Part shown: positions 8,068 to 19,800 of the stretch, piece by piece
Numbering within the stretch: the stretch's first letter is position 1
Layout: each line of letters begins with the position of its first letter
IMG/VR virus record: IMGVR_UViG_3300012662_000198
Location: 1-64,000 of that record
DNA length: 64,000 nt
Reading direction: 5' to 3' (one strand)
DNA from: a virus
Lineage: Duplodnaviria; Caudoviricetes
The notes under the pieces: model-generated
Told to the model about the DNA's origin: nothing
The model's database searches: none
The model's input: only the letters and a program-made list of their open reading frames with translations
Made by a program: the position numbers and the translations under genes

Positions 8068-10002
8068 TTGGAAAACAAACTCAAAAGGAAAACGTCCCTC
8101 ATAGCGGCAGTGGCCGCACTGTCCATGCTCGCCGGTTCCAACGTCGCGTTCGCCGCACAGGTGGGGGACCCGACCATCATCGACAAGGACGCCACCTTCG
8201 CCCATGACGAGACCGTGAACCTGCTGGGTGGTGATTTGGGGGAAGCCGCGAACTTCGGACTCGTCGGCTTCGACACCATCCACCTGAACGCCCACACGAA
8301 CAGCAACATCGCCACCGAGCACGCGTATGTGAACGCGGCGTTCGGCAACCATGCGGCCGGCGTGGACGAGCCGGAAGTCAGCTACATGGGCAAGGTTGAC
8401 GGCAACATCAACGTCAGTCTGCCCGCGGACTCCAAGCTCGTGTTCGGCGCTTCCAACAGTCTCGGCCAGACCGACAACGGCAACAGTTGGACGGTCAACG
8501 GCAACAAGCTGGAAATGCAGACCGGAGGAAGCCTGCCGAAGTCAGAACGAGTGCTCAAAGACTCCGAGACCGTCGAATACGTCGATTTGAACGCCTTGGA
8601 GAAAAGCATGACCAAACTGTCGGCCAAATGGTCCAAAGCCAAGAAGGCCGACGCGTCCTATGACTTCTCGGACATGAACCGTCGCCACATCGACGCCACC
8701 GGAGACAAGGCGTATCTCAACCTCGATGCCAACGAACTGCAAGGCAACCGCGTCACCGCCACCTTGGGAGACAACACCCGCCTCGTTGTGAACGTGGACG
8801 CCAAGGGAGCTTCCAACATCATCCTGCCGCAGTTGGACGTTGACGGCATCAACCATGCCGAATACGCTCATTGGACGGACAAGTGCGTCATCTACAATCT
8901 GACCGACTCCAAAGCCAACGACGGCCAATATCATGGCAACATTGGAACCGCCGGAGCGTCCTCTTCGGTGATTCTCGCACCGGAGGCCAACGTGGACGCG
9001 TCCCAGAACGTCGAAGGGCAGATTATCGCCAAGAACGTCACCATCGGCGGCGAGTTCCACCGCAACAGCGTCAACGTTCCTGTAACGCGTCATGTCGAGG
9101 TGAAACTGGACGGTCAGGATAAGACCCAGACCACGCCGTTCGTCGCGACCCAGCCTGCGAAGGACCATTACAGGTTCATCGTCTGGACCACCAATCCGGA
9201 CGGTACGGGCGAATCCTTCAAACCGGGCGACACCGTGGATAATGTTCCGAATGGCACTGTCCTGTATCCGCAGTGGGAAGCCAAGCATGTGCTCCGTTAC
9301 GATACGAACGGCGGCACCGGCGAATATAAGGATTCCGACCTTCCTTCCGACGTTTCCACCGTCATACCTACCCGTGAGGGTTATGAGTTCACCGGTTGGA
9401 TGATTGACGGTTCCAAGATTGCCTCCGGCGATTCCGTCAAGGACAATGGTTCCGATGTGACCGTAGTGGCACAGTGGACTCCCGTCAAGCAGGATGTGAC
9501 TCCGACGAAGCCGGACACCCCGGCCAAGGACGACAACAACAAGTCCGACAATGGCGGCAACGGTTCCGAATCTCCGAAGGATGACAATACGGACACGCCG
9601 TCCAAGGATGACAACAAGCCTGAAACTCCGAAGGGCGACGACAATACCGACACTCCCTCCAAGGGCAACGAGTCCAATACGGACACTCCGAAGGACGACA
9701 ACAAGCCGAACGCCCCTTCCAAGGATGATTCCGACAAGTCCGACAACAATACGAATGTTCCGTCCGGCGGCAAGAACGACGTGAACGTCCCCAACAATGG
9801 TGACAAGACCACCGACACCGGTAAGAACGACTCCACCAAGACCGTGGACGTCAAGAAGGACACCCAGCCTCTCCAGCAGGATGGTCATGGTCTGGCCTCC
9901 ACCGGAACCGTCATCACCATCATCCTCGCCGCACTGGTGGTTCTGGCCGTGGCTGGCGCGACACTGCTCGTCGTCAAGCATCGCCACGCGGACGGTGAAT
10001 GA
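8068..10002 (+). CDS. Sortase-anchored surface protein (choice-of-anchor A / collagen-binding-like domain, InlB-B repeat, D/K/N/P-rich stalk)
   Basis: Signal peptide; NFGLVGFD...; LRYDTNGG...FTGW repeat; LASTG followed by TM and basic tail. Confidence 0.8.
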   Translation: MENKLKRKTSLIAAVAALSMLAGSNVAFAAQVGDPTIIDKDATFAHDETVNLLGGDLGEAANFGLVGFDTIHLNAHTNSNIATEHAYVNAAFGNHAAGVDEPEVSYMGKVDGNINVSLPADSKLVFGASNSLGQTDNGNSWTVNGNKLEMQTGGSLPKSERVLKDSETVEYVDLNALEKSMTKLSAKWSKAKKADASYDFSDMNRRHIDATGDKAYLNLDANELQGNRVTATLGDNTRLVVNVDAKGASNIILPQLDVDGINHAEYAHWTDKCVIYNLTDSKANDGQYHGNIGTAGASSSVILAPEANVDASQNVEGQIIAKNVTIGGEFHRNSVNVPVTRHVEVKLDGQDKTQTTPFVATQPAKDHYRFIVWTTNPDGTGESFKPGDTVDNVPNGTVLYPQWEAKHVLRYDTNGGTGEYKDSDLPSDVSTVIPTREGYEFTGWMIDGSKIASGDSVKDNGSDVTVVAQWTPVKQDVTPTKPDTPAKDDNNKSDNGGNGSESPKDDNTDTPSKDDNKPETPKGDDNTDTPSKGNESNTDTPKDDNKPNAPSKDDSDKSDNNTNVPSGGKNDVNVPNNGDKTTDTGKNDSTKTVDVKKDTQPLQQDGHGLASTGTVITIILAALVVLAVAGATLLVVKHRHADGE

Positions 10003-10054
10003 AACCGACGTTAGGCTAGGACACCTCTGACCTAGCCTTTACCAGACGATTGGG

Positions 10055-10756
10055 GTGCTTCGGAGAAAAACGGAGTGCCCCAATTTTTCTACAAACAATC
10101 AGTTAGACTGGACTTATACACAAAAAACGGGAGAAAAAATACTGGCTGAAAAAACTGGCGAAATCAACCTGTCGATGGTCCAACCGTTGGACACTGACAC
10201 CACCGTGAACGCGCTCCGCCAATCCGAAGACCTGATTCAACTGACCGAATGGAGCCGCGCCAAGAAAGACTACAAAAACAATTCCGACTATTTTCTGAAT
10301 TCCATCGTCGGTTGCATGCTAATCGGCATCCTCTGCGGTTATCTGGCTTGGCGCATATCCTCGAAGACCATCTCCACTATGATTCTCGGCATATGCATGC
10401 TGGGGGGATGCGTTCTGGGTTGCATATTGTTCTTCATCCCTGAATCCCGACGGAAGAAAATGCGTAATCCCAAGCCGGAATCACCCGCCCGCGTATTGGA
10501 ATCCCTATACGGAGTTCATATCATGGGGTCTGAAGACCAACCCCTGTTCGATGAGACGGGATTCAAGCATATCCTCATTCAAAAGGATGGAACGCATTTC
10601 GCTCCGGCGACCTTGTTCGTTTGGGTTGAAAAATACAATTTCGCCGTGGAACGGACTTGGCCGATGGTGTACATTGCCTTGTTTGACGAGAACGGTATTC
10701 CGGTCGAGCGAGTGGACTCCGAATCACGGGAAGTGGTTAGGAGTGTTGGGAGATAA
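10055..10756 (+). CDS. Hypothetical 2-TM membrane protein (start uncertain)
   Basis: Two hydrophobic helices in a 233-aa ORF. Confidence 0.6.
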   Translation: MLRRKTECPNFSTNNQLDWTYTQKTGEKILAEKTGEINLSMVQPLDTDTTVNALRQSEDLIQLTEWSRAKKDYKNNSDYFLNSIVGCMLIGILCGYLAWRISSKTISTMILGICMLGGCVLGCILFFIPESRRKKMRNPKPESPARVLESLYGVHIMGSEDQPLFDETGFKHILIQKDGTHFAPATLFVWVEKYNFAVERTWPMVYIALFDENGIPVERVDSESREVVRSVGR

Positions 10757-10953
10757 GCCGACATTGGAGGAAAAGGAAAAAGCCCGCCGATGGTTGGAGA
10801 GAGACATCAGGCTTTCACGTCTCGCGTTCGAATCCCATATCCGGCGGGAAAGTACCCTCTTCCCCGACAAATGAGGACTGAATTTGGGACAAAAAATACG
10901 CGACCGTCGTACTATGTTGGACTTCCACTCCTCAGCAAGAAGGGAAACAAGTT

Positions 10954-11862
10954 TTGACCTATCGTGACCCGTGGCGTGACGCCGTTGAAAACGCCAAACA
11001 GCTCCTTCGATTGGGAATGTCGCCGGAGAGAGTGGTGGAACGTACCCGACTGCCAAAAAGCACCATCGACCGGATAGCCCCGCCCATCCTACAGGAGAAC
11101 GCGGAACGGGCGGCAATCAGAGAAGCCGAACATGCCGTGAAACGGGAACAGCAGAAAATCCTCAAGGAGAAATACCCATGCCCTCTCTGCCATAAAGGCT
11201 ATGGGATAGCCGACGGCGGTGTGCTCACCGCGTTCTTGGACGGTTCTGTATGCCGTATCGGAACGGACGCCGACACCACCGTCGTTCAACGCGTAGTGTC
11301 CGGAATAGCATGGTATGACAAGAACGGTAACGGCATTCGTGAGGATGACGACGCTCTCGCCTCCCACGTGACCGTGACCGTGACCGATTCGAACGGCAAA
11401 ACCGTTTCCGGCTATGACGGCAATCCGTTGACCGCAGTGACCGGCAAGGACGGCACATATCGTATCGTGGGAATCCCCGCCGGAACAGGCTATCAGGTCA
11501 GGTTCGCTCCGGACAAGAGGGACTCTTGGATTAAACTGAAAACCACGGTCAAGAATGCCACCGGCTCCACCAAAGCTACGAACAGTGGCGCGGACCCGGT
11601 TTCGGATTCGACGGGTTTGAAGGGCGCGTACATCCAACTGGCCGACTTCCCGTCCCCGTCCCAAATGGCCGGACCGGTGTATGAGGACGTGTACGAGAAT
11701 TGCGGTATCGTACGAACCGTGATGCCGTATTTCGAGAGTCCTATCACGTCCATGCCGTTCACGGGCGGCTGGCTTCTGCCGGTGCTTCTCGTTGTTTCCA
11801 GTGGCTCGCTTGTCGGGGCGATTGTGCTGTTGAGGCCCCGCAAGAAGAGTTCGAAGAACTGA
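10954..11862 (+). CDS. Chimeric protein: HTH/CxxC N-terminus fused to an SdrD-B-like domain and an MPFTG anchor
   Basis: N-terminal HTH-like helices and CPLC; then VSGIAWYDKNGNGIRE...DGTYRI (SdrD_B); MPFTGG plus TM and basic tail; no signal peptide. Confidence 0.65.
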   Translation: MTYRDPWRDAVENAKQLLRLGMSPERVVERTRLPKSTIDRIAPPILQENAERAAIREAEHAVKREQQKILKEKYPCPLCHKGYGIADGGVLTAFLDGSVCRIGTDADTTVVQRVVSGIAWYDKNGNGIREDDDALASHVTVTVTDSNGKTVSGYDGNPLTAVTGKDGTYRIVGIPAGTGYQVRFAPDKRDSWIKLKTTVKNATGSTKATNSGADPVSDSTGLKGAYIQLADFPSPSQMAGPVYEDVYENCGIVRTVMPYFESPITSMPFTGGWLLPVLLVVSSGSLVGAIVLLRPRKKSSKN

Positions 11863-11891
11863 CGTTCCGTTAGGAATGTTGGTCTTAGGAT

Positions 11892-11939
11892 AGCGGGTCG
11901 GCTTACCTTTCGGGAAAAGGAAGCCTACCCGCTTTTTTT
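11892..11939 (+). terminator. Intrinsic terminator
   Basis: agcgggt.ggctt...aagcc.acccgct stem followed by a T-run. Confidence 0.7.
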
Positions 11940-12037
11940 CTTGGAATTCAGGGGGTCGCCCGTAGTATGTTTTTCTAATAGACAAATACACTACAAAAGG
12001 AACCGTTGCAAACGACTTCGCTTTAACGACAAGCTAA

Positions 12038-12259
12038 AACAAAGTCATTTGCAACGGCGAAATCGACAAGAGCGTGCATTTGGGTTTGAGTTGGACGACC
12101 AGCCTGAACGTGGCCCAAAAGTTCGCGGAACGATTCGGCAAGGAAGGAACCGTATATTCGACCGTTCTCAAACCCGAAGAAGTATTAGCGGCCTACGCCG
12201 ACGATGGTGAACAGGAGGTTCTTGCCAAGGTTGGCGCAAGCCGCGTGGAAGTGGTTTAG
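12038..12259 (+). pseudogene. C-terminal remnant of an ADP-ribosyltransferase-fold (R-S-E) protein
   Basis: GEID...LSWTTSLNVAQKFA...DGEQEVL; an in-frame TAA at 12035 removes the N-terminus. Confidence 0.5.
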
Positions 12260-12339
12260 GGGTGGCGTGTCACACGTTTTCGCATGGTATACTGGAATCG
12301 TTCACATGAAGCAGTTCTCAAAGGAGCCTAAAATGAATG

Positions 12340-13428
12340 TCACCACATATTCCCATGGGAATCACCCCCTATGGTAATGGAGCCATCTTGGTTGATATTG
12401 TCCTTGGTAATGGGAGCGGTACCGCCTCCGTCGCTATCGAAGTCTTTTCGGTAGTCGTATCCGTTGCATCCGTATTGTGTGCAGTTGTTAGAGTTCTGGG
12501 GTTGGGTGTATTGGCCTGAAACTCTGGAATAGGAGCCTCCGCCATTATTGGAATAGGAGCCTCCGCTATTATTGGAATAGGAACCGCCCGAATTCGAATA
12601 GCCGGAGTTGGAATAGGTTTCAGACGAAGCTCCATTGGATTGAGCTTGCGCTTGCGCCTGTTCCTGAGCCTGAGCCTGCGCGTCGGCCTGAGCCTTGGAG
12701 TCCTTGGAATCGTTCACGGACTTCACGGCCTTGGAGAGCGAGTCATTGGCGGCGGACAACGATTTCACGTCCGCCTTCTTGTCTCCACTGGTCTTCTTGG
12801 CGTTGTCGATGGCGGTTTTCAGGCTTTCACGCGTCTTGTCGTCCTGCACTTTGCCTTCGGAGTCCTTGTACAGGGCTTCGGCTGACTTCACGGTCTTGTC
12901 GAGGGAATCCTTCGCATCCTTGACCTGTTTCGCCGTCTTGGACATCTCCACTTTGCTTATGGCATTGCTGATGGCGGTGATGGAATCATTGGCCTCAGTG
13001 ATGTCGTCTGTGATGACAGTGTTGGCCTTGGAAACACTCCACAGATTCCACTTGACGGCCTTCTTTGAATCCGGAACACCCTTCCGAGCCTCACCGGCCT
13101 TAATGCCCTTGTTCAAGGAATTCAACGTGGTCTTGTCGAGCACGTCCGTATCCTTCGTGGCCTTGACAAGGGATTGCGCTTCCGCAATCTTCTTCACAAG
13201 CTTCGAATCAGTCTTTCTGGCGGATTTGACCTGCGAATCGAAGGAAGCGTATGCGGCATTGCATGCATACGCGTAACCTCCTCCAACGCCCCCGAGGATT
13301 ACGGTCGCGGCGATGGCGCTGATAATGATTGTCTTTTTAGTGGCCTTCTTGCTTTTCTTTTTGTCATTCTCATCCGGGTTGAGGGGAGTGATTTCCTGCG
13401 TCTCCTCAAGGACTTGGTTCTTTTCCAT
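12340..13428 (-). CDS. Membrane-anchored coiled-coil (FIVAR-like) protein with S/G/N-rich tail
   Basis: N-terminal TM, repeated A..L...S.G.V.D...R..L..AI helices, and SNSGGSYSN repeats (24-bp tandem at ~12526-12600). Confidence 0.7.
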   Translation of the reverse strand: MEKNQVLEETQEITPLNPDENDKKKSKKATKKTIIISAIAATVILGGVGGGYAYACNAAYASFDSQVKSARKTDSKLVKKIAEAQSLVKATKDTDVLDKTTLNSLNKGIKAGEARKGVPDSKKAVKWNLWSVSKANTVITDDITEANDSITAISNAISKVEMSKTAKQVKDAKDSLDKTVKSAEALYKDSEGKVQDDKTRESLKTAIDNAKKTSGDKKADVKSLSAANDSLSKAVKSVNDSKDSKAQADAQAQAQEQAQAQAQSNGASSETYSNSGYSNSGGSYSNNSGGSYSNNGGGSYSRVSGQYTQPQNSNNCTQYGCNGYDYRKDFDSDGGGTAPITKDNINQDGSITIGGDSHGNMW

Positions 13429-13805
13429 TTTTTCTGACTCCTTAATTTTCCATGTTCGATTCTCCCATGCGGGGTAGGCGAACACTACTCTTTGATGTGG
13501 ACGGTCCCACTATAGCACAAGGGTGGGTGTGTCGCAACAAAAGATACAGGAAACAAGCCTGAAAACCGAAAAACACACGATTTCCAGCAAGGCCAACGCC
13601 TGCGACGCTGATAGGTGAAAGTTCTCGACACAACAATCACCTTTCTATACGTCTTTTCCTTAACAAATACTGGAATTAGCCGCAAATCTAAAAAAACATT
13701 ACGGTATCCCCTCTTGTGGGGAGAAAATTCCGTTTTCCCCAAGGTTGACAATAAAAGCCTGATATGTATGAAAAATGACAGCATTAAACCTCTAGAGGAG
13801 TATCT

Positions 13806-16800
13806 ATGGTTAATCCATTAAGCAAGACTCTCTGGGAAGACAAGCCACCCATTCTGAAACGGGTAGGCAGGGCGGCCGCCGCTCTTGCAACGGCGACCGC
13901 CACATTGCTTTCGGGAGTGTTGACCACCGGAACCGCTTTCGCCACTACGAATCTGGGACTGCCGGGGTACATCACCAACGCCAGTTTCAGCGTGACGTTC
14001 AGTAACGGTGTTTCCCTTCATGGCGAGCAGGTCATCGGACCTATCGCCATGAAGGATGGGAGTTACGCCTACTGTCGAGAAGCCAGTGTCGTGACCGACC
14101 TGAATCCGAATAATGGAACTTGGTCAGAGACGTCTGACCCGACGGCGCAGAAGCTTGCCTACATTGCCGATAAATATAAGAACGACAATAGCGATTTGAC
14201 CCAAGCGGCCATCACCTATCTGGTTCACATGCACTTCGACAACAGTGGTGGTCCGGAGTATATGGCCGCAGTCGGTAGGGCAGGTCTTAAGAACGGCAAC
14301 TGGAATGATGTGGTCAACACCGCCAACAGGATGTGGAACGAGGCCGCCGTTCCGGCAGGAGCCAACGCTTCGGTAGCCTACACCCAAGGCAAGCGCAGGG
14401 GAACCGTGAATCCGGGCATCGTCGATTCCTCCGGACATTACATCAGCGGCGTCCACTACACGCTTACCCTGAACGGTCCGGCGAAGTTCGACCAGAACAA
14501 TTCGAACACCCTTTCCGGCGTCACGGACGGAAGCGAACAGCATATTCCTTGGACAGCCGCAGGGAACGGCAACGTCACGTACACCGTGTCGTACCCGAAA
14601 TACAAGGCGATGCTGCTCAACTCCCCAGCACAGGATTTGTTCCGAAAAGCTGACCCTGAAAACGCTACTTCCAGCGTGTCGTTCAAGGTTGAAAAGGACT
14701 TCCAGCCGACCGTCACCACCAACGTCAGCAAGAAACAGTTGACCCGTGGCTCCCCGGTTCAAGACAATGTGACCTCCGGCGTCGCGTCCTCCGACGACGA
14801 GTGGGCGGACAGCGTTCCCGTCAAATTCAAAGGCTACTATTTCGTAGGCGATTCCAAGCATATCCTCCGGACCATCAAGCATGACAAGGATGAAAGCCCG
14901 ACCGACTATTTGAAGCGTCTGCGTGAGACCGACGGCATCCGACAGGTAGCCGCCGCAACCACCAGCTTCACCAACAGCGGACAGACCAACAAGGTCACGG
15001 CGAAAGCCGCGACCGGAGCCATCGACTACGACAGTGTGAACGGTTTGGACGACTATCAGGTGTCCGACGATGACGCGGGACTGTTCGGCACATGGGTGTG
15101 GGTCGAAGTCAAATCCGACCAGTCCCAGCAGGACTACATCAAAGGCGACTACATCGATGGGTTCGGCAAGGCTCAGGAAACGTCCGTGAGCGTTCTGCCG
15201 CCGAACCACGACTCCACCGTGTTGGAGCAGGAGTCCGGCATGAACAAGGACATCCTCGATGAAATCAACATCAGCCGACTGCCGTCCGACTACAGCAAGT
15301 TCACCGGCAACACTGATTACGGTTTCAAGGCCGACGCAAAAGCCAAGATTCGTGTCTGGTGGACAGGTTCCGGAACCGGCAACAAGAAAGAGGACGAGAA
15401 ATACGTTCCGACCACCGAGGAGGAGCCGACCCCGGACGCCAACCACAAGCTGATTGGCGAATGGGAAGTTCCGGCCATGAACGGCAAGTACAAGGTCGGC
15501 GGCGGCAAAATCATCCTCTATCCGAGCGACGGCAGCGACGCGACGACCGTCGCCGACAATGTGAACATCAAGGCGACCACCAAAGCCGAATGCGGCTACT
15601 ACGTGTTCATCTACGACTTCCCCGGCTCCGACCGCGCCCAAGGATTCAAAAGCGCGTACAACAATCCGTGGGAACGTTCCTTCATCAGTCAGGACGCCCA
15701 GACGGTCACATTGACCACCGACGTGAACAAGACCACCGTCACCCAAGGGGAGAAGTTCTACGATACGGCGACCATCGCGGGTTCCGTGCCGCGCGGTTCC
15801 TACGTCACGTTCACCGCGTATGACGCTGTGACCGGGAACCCGGACGTGTCCACCAACAAGCTGTTGGACAACAAGCGTGTGAACGTCACCGACGAGCAGG
15901 CCGACCATTCCGACACCACGCAGTTCGAAGTGAAGTCTCCTGAAATCAGCACCAACAAGATTGGTAAGGTCTATTGGGTTGCGAAACTCTACAATGCCAA
16001 CGGCAAAGCCCTCGCGGGTCACGCCATCGGTTTGGAGAACGAGACCGTCGAAGTGGTGGGACCGTCCCTCACCACCAAGACCAGCGCACAGCAGACCTAT
16101 GTTGGCCGTCCGTTCCACGACACCGCCGTCATCAACAACAAGATTGACGCCGGAGCCTACCTGACGTTCACCGCATATGACGCGGTTTCCGGCAAACCGG
16201 ACACGGACGCCACGAAACTGCTCGACAACAAGCGTGTGGACATCCCCGCCGACAAGATTGCTTCTTCCGGTGTCGGTAAGAGCTTCACAGTTGATTCTCC
16301 GGACGTGACTGCCACCAAGGCCGGTATCGTCTACTGGAAGGCGACGCTCTACAATAAGAACGGAATGGAACTCGCCACCCACGAGCTTGGCGCGACCGGT
16401 GAAAGCGTCCTCGTCAAGAACCCGTCCATCACCACCAAGGTCAGCAAGGAACAGGTCTCCATCAACGAGGAGTTCACCGACACCGCCACCATCAACGGTG
16501 AATTGTCCTCCGGCGATTACGTCACCTTCGACGCTTACGCCCCGGTCTCCGACGCTCCGAACGCCCAAGGCGCTAAACTGCTCGACTCCGAACGTGTGAA
16601 CATTCCGGCGAAGGATGTTTCGGCAAGCCAGAATGGTCAGGCTGTCACCGTGACCAGTCCGAAGACGCGCGCCACCGAAGGTGGAAACGTGTATTGGAAG
16701 GCAACCCTGCATCGTTTCAACGGTGCGGTGCTCGCCACCCACGATTTGGGTGTGGCTGGTGAGACCGTTCAGGTCAAGTATCCGACCATCACCACGCACG

Positions 16801-19800
16801 TGTCCTCCACGAGCGTGGGTGTCGGCGAGGACTTCTCCGACACCGCCGACATCAAGGGTGTCGTCCACGAGGGCGACTTCGTGGTGTTCCGCGCCTATGA
16901 CGCGGTGGGCGAGAAGCCTGACACGAACGCCAGCCTCCTGCTGAAAGACCAGAAGGTCAACATCACCGCAGCTCAGGCCGAAGCCTCAGCCCAGAACAAG
17001 ACCGTGACCGTCAAATCCAAGACCGTCAACACCATGAACAGTGGAAACGTGTATTGGAAGGCGACCCTGTACGACAGGCAGGGACGCCAGCTCGCAACCC
17101 ACGACCTTGGACTGCCGGAGGAAACCGTCACGGTTCGTCCTCCGACCATCACCACCCAAGTGACCAAGACCAAGGTCAAGCCGAGCGAGGAGTTCTCCGA
17201 CAAGGCGACCGTCAACGGCAAGGTGCTCAAAGGCTCCTACGTCACATTCACCGCTTACGACGCGGTGTCCGGCGACCCGGACACCAACGCTCCGAAGCTG
17301 TTGGACAACGTTCGTGTGAACATCGAGGACGCCGACGCGGAAGCATCCTCCACCAAGAGCTTCACCGTCACCAGCCCCGCCACGCACACCGACAAGTCCG
17401 GTTCCGTGTACTGGGTCGCTACCCTGTGGTCTCCACAAGGCAAACAGTTGGCTACCCACGATTTGGGTCTGCCTTCCGAAACCGTTCAGGTGAACCCGGG
17501 TGGCATCGTCACGTCCAACGCCCAGAAGATGGGTGCAACCGGCGAACAGTTGTACGATGAAATCACCGTTTACGATGAGACCAGCGAGGCCGAGTCCGCC
17601 GACGGTCAGGTTCATGAGGGTGAAGGCAACAGCAATCCGACCGGCGTCATCGGTCGAATCCCGCAGAACTCCACCGTCACCGTGGAAATGTACCGTCAGG
17701 CCAAGGAAGACAACGGCAACAACGGCCTGTTCAAGATTGCCGAGAAGACCGTCACCATCGACACCAACAAGTTCACCGCAATCAAGGCCGGTCAGGAAGG
17801 CAACCGTCCGGGCAAGCTGACTTTCAAAGTCACCGACCCGAGCTTCAAGACCAGCAAGGCTGGCATGATTTACTGGAAGACCACGTTGAAGACCCCGCAG
17901 GGCGGCGTGCTCGACCAGCACATCTACGGCGAATACGGTTCCGACCACAAGACCGGCTACACGAGCTACGAACGCACCCCGGTGCAGAAGTACTCCACCA
18001 CCGTGTCCAAGAAGTGGCTAAGCGACGCGAACGGCAACTATGAGGACAAGACCACGCAAATCTACGACGTGCTCCACCAGACCTCGTACGAGCAGTTCGA
18101 CGGCGAGTCCATCAACGGCGACACCTACACCACCGGCGACTCCGCGCAGACCGCCAAGGGCACCAAGGTCCAGTTCGAAATCTGGGCAAAGGATGGCGCG
18201 AACGCTGGCAAGATGGTCAAGCAGTACAATGCCGAAGACCTTCCGAAGGTCCGCACGCTCGCCAAGAGCGAAGACCCGGACAAGAATCATCCGTACGTTG
18301 GCGAGGACATGCTGGACAACTACCAGAATGTCAAGTCCAGCACGTTCACGATTCCGTCCGACTGGTCCGCAAGCAAGTACTACTACCGTGTGAAAATCAC
18401 CGTCCCGACCACCACTCCGGGCACCGGCAACGACCCGTCCGACAACAATCGTGATGTCGTCTGGTATGGCGACGACGACGAGTCCGAAGAGTTCGACGTG
18501 ATTCACATGGACACCAAGAGCACCGAGCCGCTGTGGCTCGACAGCATGAACGTGTCCGACGAAATCACGTTGAAGGGCAACATTCCGGCAGGCTCCCAGT
18601 ATGAGGCCGAACTATGGCGCACCAGCAAGGACGGCAACGTCCGCAAGGACGCGGCCACCAAGCAGGACGATTCCGACCATAACGGCATCGCATCCGAAAA
18701 GGTCGCCACGACCGGTCGCGTGGACATTCCATCCAAGGCAATCGGCGCTCACCTCAACGGCGTCACCTTCCGCTCCAAGAGCGTGAAGAATCCGGGTGTC
18801 GGCTCCTACATCTGGCGTGTGAAGATTTACACTCCGGAAATGCCGCACAAGGATGGCAACGGTGTCGGAACCGGTGGAGACACCAGCATGAACGCTGCGT
18901 TCGGTGTTATCACCAAGGAGTGGATGACCGCCGCCAAGGCCACCACCGATGCCGATGACTCCCAAGCTGGCGACTACTGGCAGAACGCCACCGCCAAGCA
19001 GAAGGGCAACGGCGACGGATACGCCGACCGTTGGCTCCTGTTCGACGGTAAGAACGTCGCATCCGAGAAGTTCGAGGTCGTGAAGCTGACCACGAATGTG
19101 ACCGGCACTCCGAACATCCACACCAGCGAGGACGAGCATTACGTCGATGTCACCAACGGCAACGACGTGAACGACAAGCTCACCATCACCGGCTACATGC
19201 TCAAGGATTACAAGGTCGCGTTCAAGCTGTACAAGCAGGCCGAGAATCAGACCGCCGACAAGGATACCGTCGTCAAGACCCTTGACCCGGTTTCCCTGAC
19301 CGAAGCGCAGAAGACCCTCGACTCCGCTTCCGTGCATCTGACCGACCCCGCCGACTACTACTGGCAGTGGGTGTTCACCAAGCCGGACGGCACCGCCTTC
19401 CAGCCCGACAACATCAACCCGGCGGTCTCCGACAAGCGCATCAAGGACGAGTCCTTCCACGCTGTCCGCGTGACCACCAGCACGTACAAGTGGGCTTCCA
19501 AGAACGGAACCGTTCAGGACGTCGCCCGACTCGAAGGCCACCTGCCTGAGAACGCGACGCTCACCTTCGAAATGCACGACTACGCAACCGGCGAGAAGGT
19601 CGCCTCCACCAAGGCGACCACCCTCAAGGAGCTTGGCTTCAACAAGTCCAGCATCGACCAGCAGTTGACCGGCCCGAGCCTCAAGGTTCCGGACGCCATC
19701 GACTACTACTGGGTTGAGGTTCTGAACCTGCCGAAGGACGACCGGGATACTCCGTTGCATGTCGGCAAGGACAAGATTAAGAACGAGTCCTTCCGCTCCA

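Noticed and set aside
9480-9860. Low-complexity D/K/N/P/T repeats
   Set aside because: Typical cell-wall-spanning linker before the LASTG anchor.
12526-12600. 24-bp tandem repeats resembling a mini-CRISPR
   Set aside because: In-frame coding repeats (SNSGGSYSN) with no unique spacers.
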